Positions 39,201 through 50,039 of a DNA stretch of 64,000 nt are shown here, piece by piece. A program made the position numbers and the translations under genes. The notes beneath the pieces are model-generated. The model did no database searches. It saw only the letters and a list, made by a program, of their open reading frames with translations, and was not told the DNA's origin. The DNA comes from Eledone cirrhosa. Lineage: Eukaryota. The stretch is from positions 33,604,001 to 33,668,000 of the forward strand of contig OZ024745.1 of assembly GCA_964016885.1 (NCBI GenBank), read 5' to 3'. How positions within the stretch are numbered: position 1 is the stretch's first letter; the number at the start of each line of letters is the position of its first letter.

Positions 39201-39977
39201 TTGGAGGTGGCTCTTAGTTTTAAGATTCTATTTCCATATTCATTTTCTTGAGTGACATTTGTTCTCGTAGTTTCTGTTGTTCAGGTTCATTAGTTATGGG
39301 TTTTATTTGGAATTTACGGGGTAAGATTATTGGTGTGGAGTTGATTCATTTTTCATAGATTTCAACTTTGTTCATATTTTTCACCATATTCCAGAAAGTG
39401 AATTTTCTTGTTTTCAATTATTTTTTCCAAAATTGTCCAATTTTGTTTTTAATGTGTGAGGTTTCTTGTTCTGTTTTAACATTTATAAGTTTTTCCATGG
39501 AGTTGCATAAGTGCTGTATGTTTAGGTTGAATTGGTTATTGGCTGTGGTAAAATTGTCTTTTTGTTATCAGCCAGTGTGGAGTTTTGTGGTTTATCAAGT
39601 TTTTCTGTAAGGATTGTGAGTTTCCCGTTTATCTCTTGTAGAACTTTAAGGATTTTCTCATTTATATTTGTAGTTGTGTTATCGGGTTCCAGTGCCAACA
39701 AAGAACAAATAAGGAAAAACTATTTATTAACAAATTTAAACCAAAACTAAATATGTAATCACCCCCATTAGATCTGCCCCACACACACCACAAAATAATG
39801 TTTAGTTTTTGACAATTTTCTGAATTTTTGGAAAAAATGTGTAACCCCCCCCACATATGTGCATTCATCATCATCATTTTACGTCTGCTTTTCCCTGCTT
39901 GCAATGGTGGGATTGTTATATATATATATACACACACACACATCACAAAATAAGACAGAAAAAATTACTCATTGCAG
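36212..39977 (-). mobile_element. Near full-length Neptune-like PLE, degenerate, with an inverted upstream pseudo-LTR
   Basis: IINLS..LSKGLEFTPTP, KEADKG, LRPIIAGP, WKRYLDD, KPTDSKQYL, KCGRTNCGT, LIYVITC..YIGQT; 36212-36556 is inverted at 39695-39977. Confidence 0.9.
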
Positions 39978-40282
39978 AATTTACGGCCTGTACTACTGAT
40001 ACTCTACTCGGGATTTTTTTTAAAGAATTTTTTTTAATTTTTAAATCTTTAGAATCTGAGAATCCTTTGGATTTTAGTTTTTAGTTTTTGACAATTTTCT
40101 GAATTTTGAAGAAAACATTTTTTAAATTTCCTATCACAAAGGGCTGAAAAAACACACACAAACACACAGCACAACCCCACCACACACACGTGTGTATTGC
40201 TAAAGGGACTGTGACAGACAGACTGAAAAACACACACACACATGTGTATTGTTATATATACACCCTCACACTATATATATAT

Positions 40283-41186
40283 ATCATCATCATCATCATC
40301 ACCGTTCTACGTCCGTTCTTCCACGCTAGCATGGGTTAGACGGGTTGTCCTGTTGTGGGCAGTGTCTGGTCGGCTGACCATGCCTTGCTCATACAGGAAC
40401 TGATTTGGCTTGATTTCTACAGCTGGATGCCCTTCCTAACACCAACCTCATTTACAGTGAGTGCTGGGTGCTTTTTCGTGGCGCCTACACGTCCACTTTA
40501 CAGTGTGGGCTGGGTGCTTTTTTGCCGTGGCACCTCCACGACCACCTTGCGGTGGGGGGTGTGGGAGCATATTGTCTATATGCTTCAGCTTGTACCCATG
40601 GGAGGTCGGGTACTCTGTATTATTGCGTGACGCCAGAGGTCACGGTCGTGTGTCATTGCCTTTGAGGGGTGTAATTGGGTAAGGTTGGCTTTTATCACCT
40701 CATCCCAGGTCATCTTGGGTCTCCCCACTCCGCGGTTTCCATCGACTTCTAGTGCTCTGCACCTTTTTATGGAGCTGTCATCCTTCATACGCATCACATG
40801 TCCATACCAACGCAACCGCCTCTCCTGCACACAGCATTTGATTCCTCTTATGCTCAGTATCTTCTCCATCTTCATATCTTTGATTGCCTTACTTACTACG
40901 CTGCTGCTGACTTGTACTGCTGGCCCCTCTATAGGGTCTACTTGGGGTAGGGTCTCTTCTTCCCATGCATTCTCCTCATTTAGTAATCTATCATAATGAC
41001 TCTTCCATGCATCTTTCTTCTCAGCACTTGTGAGGGCAAGCTCACCTTTATCATTCTGGATACACTTCTCTCCAATGACATCACAATTCTCTCTGACATA
41101 CTGCCTCGCAATCTTGAACACCTCCTGTTTCTGGTCCTCACGTTGCAAAACATGCTTGAATTTTCTATCCTCTGTTTCCCTCCTAG

Positions 41187-41187
<1 letters not shown>
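40283..41187 (-). mobile_element. RTE LINE with a large internal deletion removing RT
   Basis: The protein jumps from SKAIKDMK directly to LSIRGIKCC near 40857; 3' UTR matches 26030-26332. Confidence 0.9.
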
Positions 41188-41221
<34 letters not shown>

Positions 41222-41237
<16 letters not shown>

Positions 41238-41706
41238 CCCTAAAACCACATTCCAATTTCTCCTACACTCCTGGCACAGAACTTACCTCTAGCTTATAAT
41301 TCTCCATCCCCTTTTGAACTCTTGACCAGTCAATTAACACAATCAGATATACACACAGAGGATGTTTTCAAAAAACAACTTTGTTCTGTGAAGAAACACA
41401 GCTACTGCTATTTTCACTTACCACCAAATTTTGAGCAAGAAAGATGGAAGAAAACTTACTCCAACATTTGATTTTAATTTTAAATCCTTAATATTTAGTT
41501 TTTAACTCCTATTAATTCTTTTTAATTTTTATTTCAATACTCAACATTTGATAAGATGAATTTTAATAATACATCGAAACCGGTAATACTTTATATACTT
41601 TATAAAACTTTTTTTTAAAAAAAGAATTATCCCTCTCATTTTTTCAATAATGTCACTTTGATGAATCAAAAAAGAAAAACAGATATAAATAAATATATTT
41701 TCCGTG
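41222..41706 (+). repeat. ~500-bp non-coding repeat, inverted copy of 35562-36052
   Basis: See partner; flanked by (TA)/(CA) runs. Confidence 0.88.
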
Positions 41707-41761
41707 ATGAATATATATATATTCATATATACATATATACCTATATATATATATATATATA

Positions 41762-42557
41762 TTTCGTTTCTGAATTTGTTTAGCAAGATTCTTTATCTGA
41801 AATCGTGTGTTGAAACCGATATTGTTATACTTTGGGAGGGTCATGTTGCCAATAAGAAACACACGCACTAGTTGCTTTCACTTCAATTTATTATATATTT
41901 ATAAATTTATAAATTTACAAATCTACAAACTTATAAATTTCTGGTTGGTTGGTTGGTTCCACAACCAGATAGTTGTTTATATATAGTCATAGTCCTTTCG
42001 TCACACACTCTGTGACCTCTTCAGTGACTGGGGATTCCTTTCTTTGTTTCTGTGCCTTTCCTTTCTTCTGTCCTACGCCATTTTGTTTCTGTGTGTGTGT
42101 TGTGTGCTCAGTTTGCGCATGCGCCACATCCGGGTGTCTGTGTGTGTTTGTGTTCATTTATCTATTTGTTTATTTATTTACATGTTGTTGGTTGGTTGTT
42201 TGTTCTATGTGTGTGTGTGTTTTCATTTTGTCCTTAATTGTAAGTTGTGATGTTGCTGTTCCACTCATATTTTCTATTTAATTTTGGTTGTAATTCTTTT
42301 ATGCTTACTGCCTCTGTAATTTGCCTAAACATTGCATCTTTTCTGTGTGTGGATTCTATTTTTATTTCTATGTTCTCTAATTTACCCTTGTGTTCTATCT
42401 TAGCATGTTGGTAGAGTACAGATGATTCTTTATTATCTTGAAGGTCTCGCCAGTGCTCATTTATCCGTTCCCCTATACTACGAGCTGTCTCACCTATGTA
42501 CACTATATTTTTTTTTCTACATTGTCCTTCAGTACATCTTATGCTATACACTATATT
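41762..42557 (-). mobile_element. PLE family A 3' fragment (GIY-YIG end + pseudo-LTR)
   Basis: Highly similar to 7177-7935 and ends at the same nucleotide next to (TA)n. Confidence 0.93.
41985..42029 (-). ncRNA. Minimal type I hammerhead ribozyme in the family A pseudo-LTR
   Basis: AGUCA-CUGAAGA-G-GUCACA gagug UGUGAC-GAAA-GGAC-UA-UGACU. Confidence 0.88.
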
Positions 42558-43378
42558 ACAAACCTGCAAACACAAATACAGTACAACACAGTTACGCAGG
42601 ACCAGGAGGGACCGATATCCCCATGTCGAAATCGATACGAAACCTGGGTATAGACATGAGCGACGATGCATCTTTTTCCTCACACATCATGAAAGTGGTG
42701 ACAATGTGCAGACGACTCGCTGGCTGGATCTTGAGGACTTTCCAGACAAGAGACCGAGACACAATGTTGACACGATGGAGGACATTTGTCCTAAGCCGCC
42801 TGGACTATTGCTCCCAGTTGTGGTCACCCCATAGTGTCAAACTAACCACGGAGCTTGAGGCAATCCAGCGAAGCTACACCAAGAGGATTGCAACGATGAA
42901 GGAGATAAGCTACTGGGAGAGGCTAAAAGAACTAAACCTCTACTCCTTGGAATGAAGACAGGAGAGATACACAAGGACTAGCACCAAACTTTGGCATTGG
43001 TAGCTGGACCAACTCCCGAACAGGACGTCACTGTGTGGTACCAAAGGTCCCGTCTTCCACATCTAGAATAAGGAGCAGATATTGCAATAGCCTGGGGTTC
43101 AAGGGCCCCTCAACTCTTCAACAAGATGCCGAGGGATCTGAGAGATCTGCATGGTGTGGAGGTGGATGTCTTCAAGAAACATCTCGACACCTTGCTATCT
43201 AGGATCCCGGATGAGCCCACAGCAAGGCACGAGGGAAACCTAAGGGCAGCAGCAACAAACTCCCTCTTGCACCAGTGGCCAACCAATACAGGATGGAGAT
43301 AAAATGTGTAGCAACAAGGGCGGTGCCCCAGCATGGCTTCAGCCGGATGGCTGGGACAGGTAAAAGAATAAAAGAATA
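42558..43378 (+). mobile_element. CR1/L2-group LINE 3' fragment
   Basis: RNLGIDMS, GWILRTFQTR, SRLDYCSQLWSP, YWERLKELNLYSLE, GPQLFN, IPDEP, NSLLHQ; TAAAAGAA tail. A short copy of the same 3' end lies at 49360-49427 (-). Confidence 0.9.
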
Positions 43379-43436
43379 TACATATATATATATATGAATA
43401 TATATATACATATATATATATATATGAATATATATA

Positions 43437-43655
43437 CAGATGTAGAAATGAGATGATAGGGACTGGGGTCCATAACATTCCACTGCAAAGTGGTCGTGGA
43501 GGTGTCATGGCAAAAAAGCACCCAGCACTCACTGTAAATGAGGTTGGTATTAGGAAGGGCATCAGGCTGTAGAAATCAAGCCAGAATCAGTTCCTGTCCC
43601 ACCCTTGCAAGCAGGGAAAAAAGCGGACGTAAAATGAAATGATGAAATGATGATG
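43437..43655 (+). mobile_element. 5'-truncated SINE (RTE tail)
   Basis: 3' two-thirds of the SINE family. Confidence 0.85.
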
Positions 43656-43670
43656 ATATATATATATAAA

Positions 43671-43947
43671 TGGAGGCACATGGCTTAGTGGTTAGAGCAT
43701 TGGCCTTGCAATCGAAAGGTTGTGAGTTCAATTCTCAGACCGGGTGATGTGTTGTTTCCTTGAGCAAGACACTTTATTTCACATTGCTCCAGTTTACTCG
43801 GCTGTAGAAATCAGATGATAGGGACTGGGGACCCTATCATTCCACTGAAAAGTGGACGTGTAGGTGTTAGGAAGGGCATCCAGCTGTAGAAATAAAGCCA
43901 GAATCAGTTCCCGTCCCAACCTTGCAAGCAGGGAAAAGCGGACGTAA
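43671..43947 (+). mobile_element. tRNA/CORE SINE with an internal deletion
   Basis: A and B boxes, CORE-like domain, RTE tail. Confidence 0.9.
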
Positions 43948-44004
43948 AATGAAATGAAATGAAATGAATATATATATATGAATATATATATACATGAATA
44001 TATA

Positions 44005-44455
44005 TCATCATCATCATCACAGTTTTACGCCCGTTCTTCCATGCTAGCATGGGTTAGACGGGTTGTCCTGTTGTGGGCAGTGTCCGGTCGGGTGACCTTG
44101 TCTTGCTCATATGGGAACTAATTCTGGCTTGATTTCTACAGCTGGATGCCCTTCCTAACACCAACCTCATTTACAGTGAGTGTTGGGTGCTTTTTTCCAT
44201 GGCGCCTACACGTCCACTTTATAGTGTGGGCTGGGTACTTTTTTGCCATAGCACCTCCACAATCACTTTGCAGTGGGAGGGTGTGGGGCATATTGTCTAT
44301 ATGCTTCAGCTTCGGCTTGTACCTGTGGGGGGTCGGGTCTTCTGTATTACTGCGTGACGCCAGAGGTCACTGTCATGTGTCATCCATCGCCTTTGAGAGG
44401 TGTAATTGGGTAAGGTCTTACCCTAGTTATTGTACTTTCCGAACACCCACCTCCT
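44005..44455 (-). mobile_element. RTE LINE 3' end fragment
   Basis: Similar to 40283-40690. Confidence 0.85.
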
Positions 44456-44592
44456 AGACGTGCCCAGAGTCATGCAGACAAACTGACCCAAGTTTAATAA
44501 ATAAATCTTAAAAAATAAAACTACTGTGTTATCTTTTCCTAGACAGTAATCTTGCGAACAAGTATCGTCCGCACCCTGTATATATATATATA

Positions 44593-44628
<36 letters not shown>

Positions 44629-44776
44629 AATATATATATATATATATATATATGAATATATATTCATATATATGTATGAATATATCTGAATATATATATA
44701 TTAATATATATATATATATAATATATATTAATATATATATATATAATATATATTAATATATATATATATATATGAA

Positions 44777-45268
44777 TATAAAATTGAGATAAGCGGAGCA
44801 AGCAAGATTCAAACAATTTTTTAAAATAAATTAAAAAATATAATTTAAATATTCACCTATTCCCTTTGCTTTTACCGACGGTTTCACCTCACAAAAGATT
44901 GGAAATCTTAGGGACTTTCAATGGAAATATTCGGATCTTCAGAAAGCATTTTCCCTACCTAGGACGAAAAGTCCCAGGAACGGCAAAATATATAGCCATC
45001 TGCCAGCTAGTGCAGGATCGAATGAGGCCGTAAACTTGACCTGCATTTGAACCAGCCCTGAGTAGAAGCGGAAGTAAACATTGACGTGTTGTCTATCACG
45101 CCACTAAAAATAACAGCTAAATAAAACAACGGATTTGTTCTCGACAAATAAGAGAATTTATAACCGCCGGTAAAAGCAAAAGGAATAGGTGAATATTTAA
45201 ATTATATTTTTTAATTTATTTAAAAAAATTGTTTGAATCTTGCTTGCTCCGCTTATCTCAATTTTATA
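44777..45268 (-). mobile_element. Non-coding hammerhead element with ~107-bp inverted terminal repeats
   Basis: 44777-44883 inverted at 45162-45268; the second arm begins exactly at hammerhead stem III. Confidence 0.82.
44867..44948 (-). ncRNA. Type I hammerhead motif with a long stem II insert
   Basis: UGCUUU-CUGAAGA-..-GAAA-CCG u CGG-UA-AAAGCA; base of stem II is weak. Confidence 0.75.
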
Positions 45269-45384
45269 GTTCTGGTATGTCAAATTAATACCATAGAACA
45301 ACCACTGTACCATAGACACCCTATATATTTCCGGAGGTACTTAGTACCTGTGGGGATATTGATCTCCTTTTTATATATTCTCTT

Positions 45385-46775
45385 ATGAGTTTAGGTTTGT
45401 GTCAGGTAAAAGTACCACAGATGCTCTTTTGCTTATACGACAACTACAGGAGAAGTACCTAGCTAAAAGTAAACCCCTATACTTAGCTTTTGTTGACTTG
45501 GAGAAAGCCTTTGACAGAGTCCCCCGCTCTATTATCTGGTGGGCCCTTAGAAAACTAGGTGTTGATGAATGGCTTGTGAGAGTTATACAAACTATGTATA
45601 AAGAAACAGTCAGCAAGGTTAGAATTAACAACGAATATAGTGAAGAATTTAGCGTAAAAGTTGGTGTTCATCAGGGCTCTGTCCTTAGCCCCCTCCTATT
45701 TATTATTGCCCTTCAGGCTATAACAGAAGAGTTCAAGACCAGATGCCCATGGGAACTTCTATATGCAGATGATCTAACGCTTATAGCTGAATCAATGGCT
45801 GTACTAGAGAAGAGATTCCAAACATGGAAGCATGGCCTAGAATCAAAAGGCCTTAAAATTAACTTGTCTAAGACTAAAGTTCTAGTATGTAGGAAGGAAA
45901 ATAGGGCACTGGTCCCCTCTGGGAAATGGCCATGCTCAGTGTGTAGGAAAAGAGTAGGCAGAAACTCCATTTTATGTCCCAAATGCAAAGTATGGGTGCA
46001 TAAAAGATGTAGTGGGATCACAAGTAAGCTAACTAAGAACAGATTTTATATGTGGCCGGTGCTCAGGTGTAATAATTAGTAGCAAGTGCACACAGGATAC
46101 TTGCTCCTTCCATTGCCCAGATGGTTCTATAGAAATAGTGGACACCTTCCGTTACCTGGGTGACAAAATCAGCAGTGGTGGAGGGTGCTCTGAAAGTACA
46201 GTAGCCAGAGTCAGAACGGGATGGAAAAAGTTCAGAGAGCTTATACCGCTATTGGCCGCTAAAGGTTTCTCTCTAAAAATGAAAGGCAGACTGTATGATG
46301 CCTGCATATGAAAAGCAATGTTACATGGCAGTGAGACATGGGTATTGTGTGCAGAGGACCTGCGCAGACTGGAGAGGAACGAAGCTTGCATGCTCCGTTG
46401 GATGTGTAATAATAATATACGTGAACGGCAAAGCATAAATGAACTAAGTGAGAAATTAGGAATAAGAGGGATCAGATGGTGTTTACTTGAGAGAATGGTA
46501 TGGTCACGTAATGCGCATGAAAGACGACAGCTGTATAAAAAAGTGCAGGGCGATCAAAATAATGGATGTTACGGAGTAGGCAGACCCAGAAAAACCTGGG
46601 ACGATTTGATAAATTCCGACCTTACACACTTACACCTCTCTAAGACAATGTCACTGGACCGAGATCTTTAGCGCTACGCAATAATACAGAAGATCCGCCT
46701 TGCCTATGTACAAAGCAAAACCTACAGTCAGTAGGCACCTCTTAACCAAATATACACCGCCATCCCACTACCCCT
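45385..46775 (+). mobile_element. RTE LINE fragment (RT to start of 3' UTR), same subfamily as 10015-12412
   Basis: GKSTTDA, FVDLEKAFDRVPR, LLYADD, PHD-like finger; frameshifts. Confidence 0.93.
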
Positions 46776-46835
46776 ATATATAGTGAAAGAGTGAAGAATA
46801 ACATGGTCGGCTGTACAAAAAGGGTTTTATTTACC

Positions 46836-46946
46836 GTATTAACAATTGTTTCATTGATCAGGTGAGTCTAAAGACTGCTAATCACTTGAAATTGCGTCAC
46901 TCGACCTTAAATACAGTGTGCGTCTCTGATCAAATCATCGGAATAC
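46836..46946 (-). ncRNA. Type I hammerhead motif, CCGAUGA core variant, ~65-nt stem II insert, within a ~340-bp non-coding insert (46781-47120)
   Basis: GUAUU-CCGAUGA-U-UUGAUCAG..CUGAUCAA-U-GAAA-CAAUUG-UU-AAUAC. Confidence 0.78.
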
Positions 46947-47134
46947 TGGAGAGTGTAACACATGGCATTGGTATTTATAGATACATCGTAGAATCAAGTG
47001 AATGAAAACAATAACATCAATAATAAAAGATGATTAACGATAATAAAAGTATAAATAAGTAAAAACGAAAATGATAAAGATGTAAAAAATAAGTAAAACA
47101 ATAAGTACAAAATACGGTTGGGAGGATGGAGTGG

Positions 47135-47280
47135 AGTAGTGGTTTGGGGTGTTTGGTTTGGAGCGGCCTACTGACTGTAGGTTAGCTTTGCACATAGGTA
47201 AGGCAGGTCTTCTGTAATACTGCGTGGTGCCAAAGATCTCAATCCAGTGACATTGTCTTAGAGAGGTGCAAGTGTGCAAG
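47135..47280 (-). mobile_element. RTE ORF-end fragment
   Basis: Reverse complement similar to 46625-46770. Confidence 0.75.
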
Positions 47281-47748
47281 GTAGTTTGTTTGAATTATAC
47301 CAAGTCTCTCTATAAGGTTAGTATGAAAGGTATGAGTTCTAAACAGCTTTGAATATTAATTGAGCAACAAACGACAATTTGCATTATGTTGATTATAAGT
47401 TGAATGGACACTCAGTTCAAATTTAAGTGAATACAGGCGCAGCTTATCTATTAAAATTACCATCTGGCTGTGTGTATCCACTTGGGAATAAGTACACCCT
47501 GCATTTCGTAAGAAGTGACTAAAAGGTTTGGTGTCAGGAAGGGCATCTGGCTATAAAACATTGTTTTAAAAAGTTCTGTTCAAACCATGTCAACATGGAT
47601 AAGTCAATGTAAAAGTGATGAGGAGGATCATCATTTATCCTCAAACGTATTGATAGACACTTCAAAACCAGAAGTAACTAGAGGTAGTTGACACTACAAC
47701 ATCATTTTGACCATGGAGATAAAATAAAATAGCACTTATAACTTTGGA

Positions 47749-48006
47749 TTAACCCTGTCGTTACCATATTTCTAATGAAAGATACTGACTATGGTTTTCG
47801 AATAATTATGAAAATAATCAAACCTTTTGAGGGATTTAGAAATATAAGTAACTTTTCATTACCAAGCTGGTGTTTGGAACACAGCTTAACATAGGTTCTT
47901 ACATAAAATTATGATAGGTTTTTAGATAAATATAAACACTTTAAAATAAACAGATTTTATCATTAAGCCAGTGTGGTTTCATATGGTTTGGTATCAAAAG
48001 GGTTAA
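47749..48006. mobile_element. TTAA-flanked MITE (piggyBac-like CCC...GGG termini)
   Basis: TTAA-CCCTGTCGTTACC ... GGTATCAAAAGGG-TTAA. Related copies at 49958-50040 + 52035-52160 (split by an RTE) and 57490-57713 (-). Confidence 0.7.
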
Positions 48007-48149
48007 TTAGTGCAGACATTCTAAAATATAGTAAAATGTTACTATATTTCTGATCAAAGGTTATAATGCTAAAATGTTAGTATCAACTTTAGTCACAAAT
48101 AAAATTTGCTCAGAAGATCTATTCCTGTACACATAAAAAAAAAGAGGTT

Positions 48150-49065
48150 AGAAATTTCTCAATGTTTAAGTGATTGGAATCATAATTCCTTGTCTGTTTA
48201 AAGGCAACAACAACGCATCATCATTTGCTTGGGTGTGAAAGAAAGATTCTAAACCGAGAATGTGTGCTGATTACAAAGTACACTTAAATGACAAGAGTCA
48301 AACTTGATTTAAAAAATGAAAATTGGTTTGGCAGATTAGTTTTGATTAGGATTGTAAGAGATTGCATGCAATAAATACAAGCAATGGTCTTTACTTAGCC
48401 AATAGACTTCACATACATCTCAAAAATAGCAACTTCATTTCCAGACATTAAATAGAGTCAATATTGATTCCTAATTTAGGCATTAGGCCGAAAATCTGGA
48501 GGAAGCACAAAGTTGATTAAATAAACCCCAGTACTTAACTGGTACTTTATTTTATTGATCCCAGAAAGATTAAAGTCAACATTGACTGTGTTAGGATTTT
48601 AACTCAAAATGTTAAGAGCCAGAACAAATACTGCTTGACATTTTATTCAACACACTACCAATTCTGCCAATCCACCACCCCTGTATGGAGTCTATATTGA
48701 AAGAAATTAATGGCATGATTACCTATCTCAACCACAAACTCACCTTTGTAGCAGCCCAGAATTAAGTGTAAGATTGAGAAAATGCAGTTATTGCTAGGTT
48801 GAAAGGAGCCAATGTATTGATTAACCCAAATAAATACATTAATCACACATCTTCCATAGATTTCTAATGAATCGATATTTCAAAGGCTGGAATGAAAGTC
48901 TTATAGTCTAATAGACAAAATCTGATGGATTAGTGTTCCTAAATCGAAAGAAGAAATTGAAAAATATTTTGGGATTGATAAACTATTATCGCTGGTTTAT
49001 ATCAAAATCCATACATATAACTGAGCCTCTTCTTACAGCAATATGAAATGACTTCACTGGAGAAT
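48150..49065 (+). pseudogene. Ancient gypsy/Ty3 LTR-retrotransposon reverse transcriptase relic, interrupted by a SINE
   Basis: Manual translation: KKDSKPRMCADYKVHLND, AINTSNGLYLANRL..LKNS, ESILKEING, AVIARLKGANVLINPNK, LGLINYYRWFI..ITEPL. Confidence 0.7.
48470..48675 (-). mobile_element. MetaSINE-like SINE, diverged
   Basis: Minus strand TGGCAGAATTGGTAG (A box) and GATCAATAAAATAAAGTACCAG. Confidence 0.7.
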
Positions 49066-50039
49066 CTATCAAGAACAGGCACTTAACCATTCACTACTGT
49101 TTTTTAAATGAAACACACTATCATTTTCAATTTGTTTTGTCAAGAATAAAGAGCTTAGTAATATAACTAACTAATGCGAACCCTTTGAGATTGACCCTGG
49201 AAGCCGATTGAACTGAGGGTCCAAAACCTAACATTTGCATAAGAAATGAAAATCTATAAAATAATACAATAAAATGCAACTTGCTTATACAAGTTTCTGA
49301 TTTATATAAAATTAGTTGTCACCTTATTTTACCTGTTTACTGATTAATTTATTTACTTATATTACTCTTTTACTCTTTTACCTGTTTCAGCCATCCGGCT
49401 GAGGCCATGCTGGGGCACCGCCCTTGATAATATACATTTTTTACATGCTTTTGATGATGAGTGGTCAAGGACTCTATGAAAAGGTTGATGATCTAAAAAG
49501 GTTTTGGAAACTCTGGTCTAGAATAAATCTTTCAGAATGACAATTTGCCAGAAATTCTGAATTAACTGGAAAGAATGATCTTATCTTAAATACAAAAAAA
49601 AAAAAAAAAAAAAAAGAGAGGCTATTTATTTTTTAATTTTGTCATACAAACATTCTTTCCAGAATTAATGACACACACATGTGTATAATAAACACAGAAG
49701 AAAGCAAAGTCTCATGTTAGGTGGTCAAATCTTTGTAAAGATATCAAAGAATTTGTCAGAACTTATGATATATGAGCCAAAATATAATTTAAAGTTATCT
49801 CTTGTATTAATAAGTAACCTGAATCTAGGGATACATTAAACACACAGTGACAGAAGCCTTTTTAGTCCTAGTAGGAGCTTGGAAACACAAGAACATTTCT
49901 ATTTCTAGATTAGTTGTTCTTATGTCAACAGCATCAGGTAATACACCTCAATTGAGATTTACCATATTTCTAATGAAAGACACTGCCTATGATTTTCAAA
50001 TAGTTTTGAAAATACTCAAGAATGACTAACTTTCTAATT

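Noticed and set aside
43671-43740. tRNA gene-like sequence
   Set aside because: SINE head with A and B boxes but no acceptor stem; repeated with CORE-like domain and tail.
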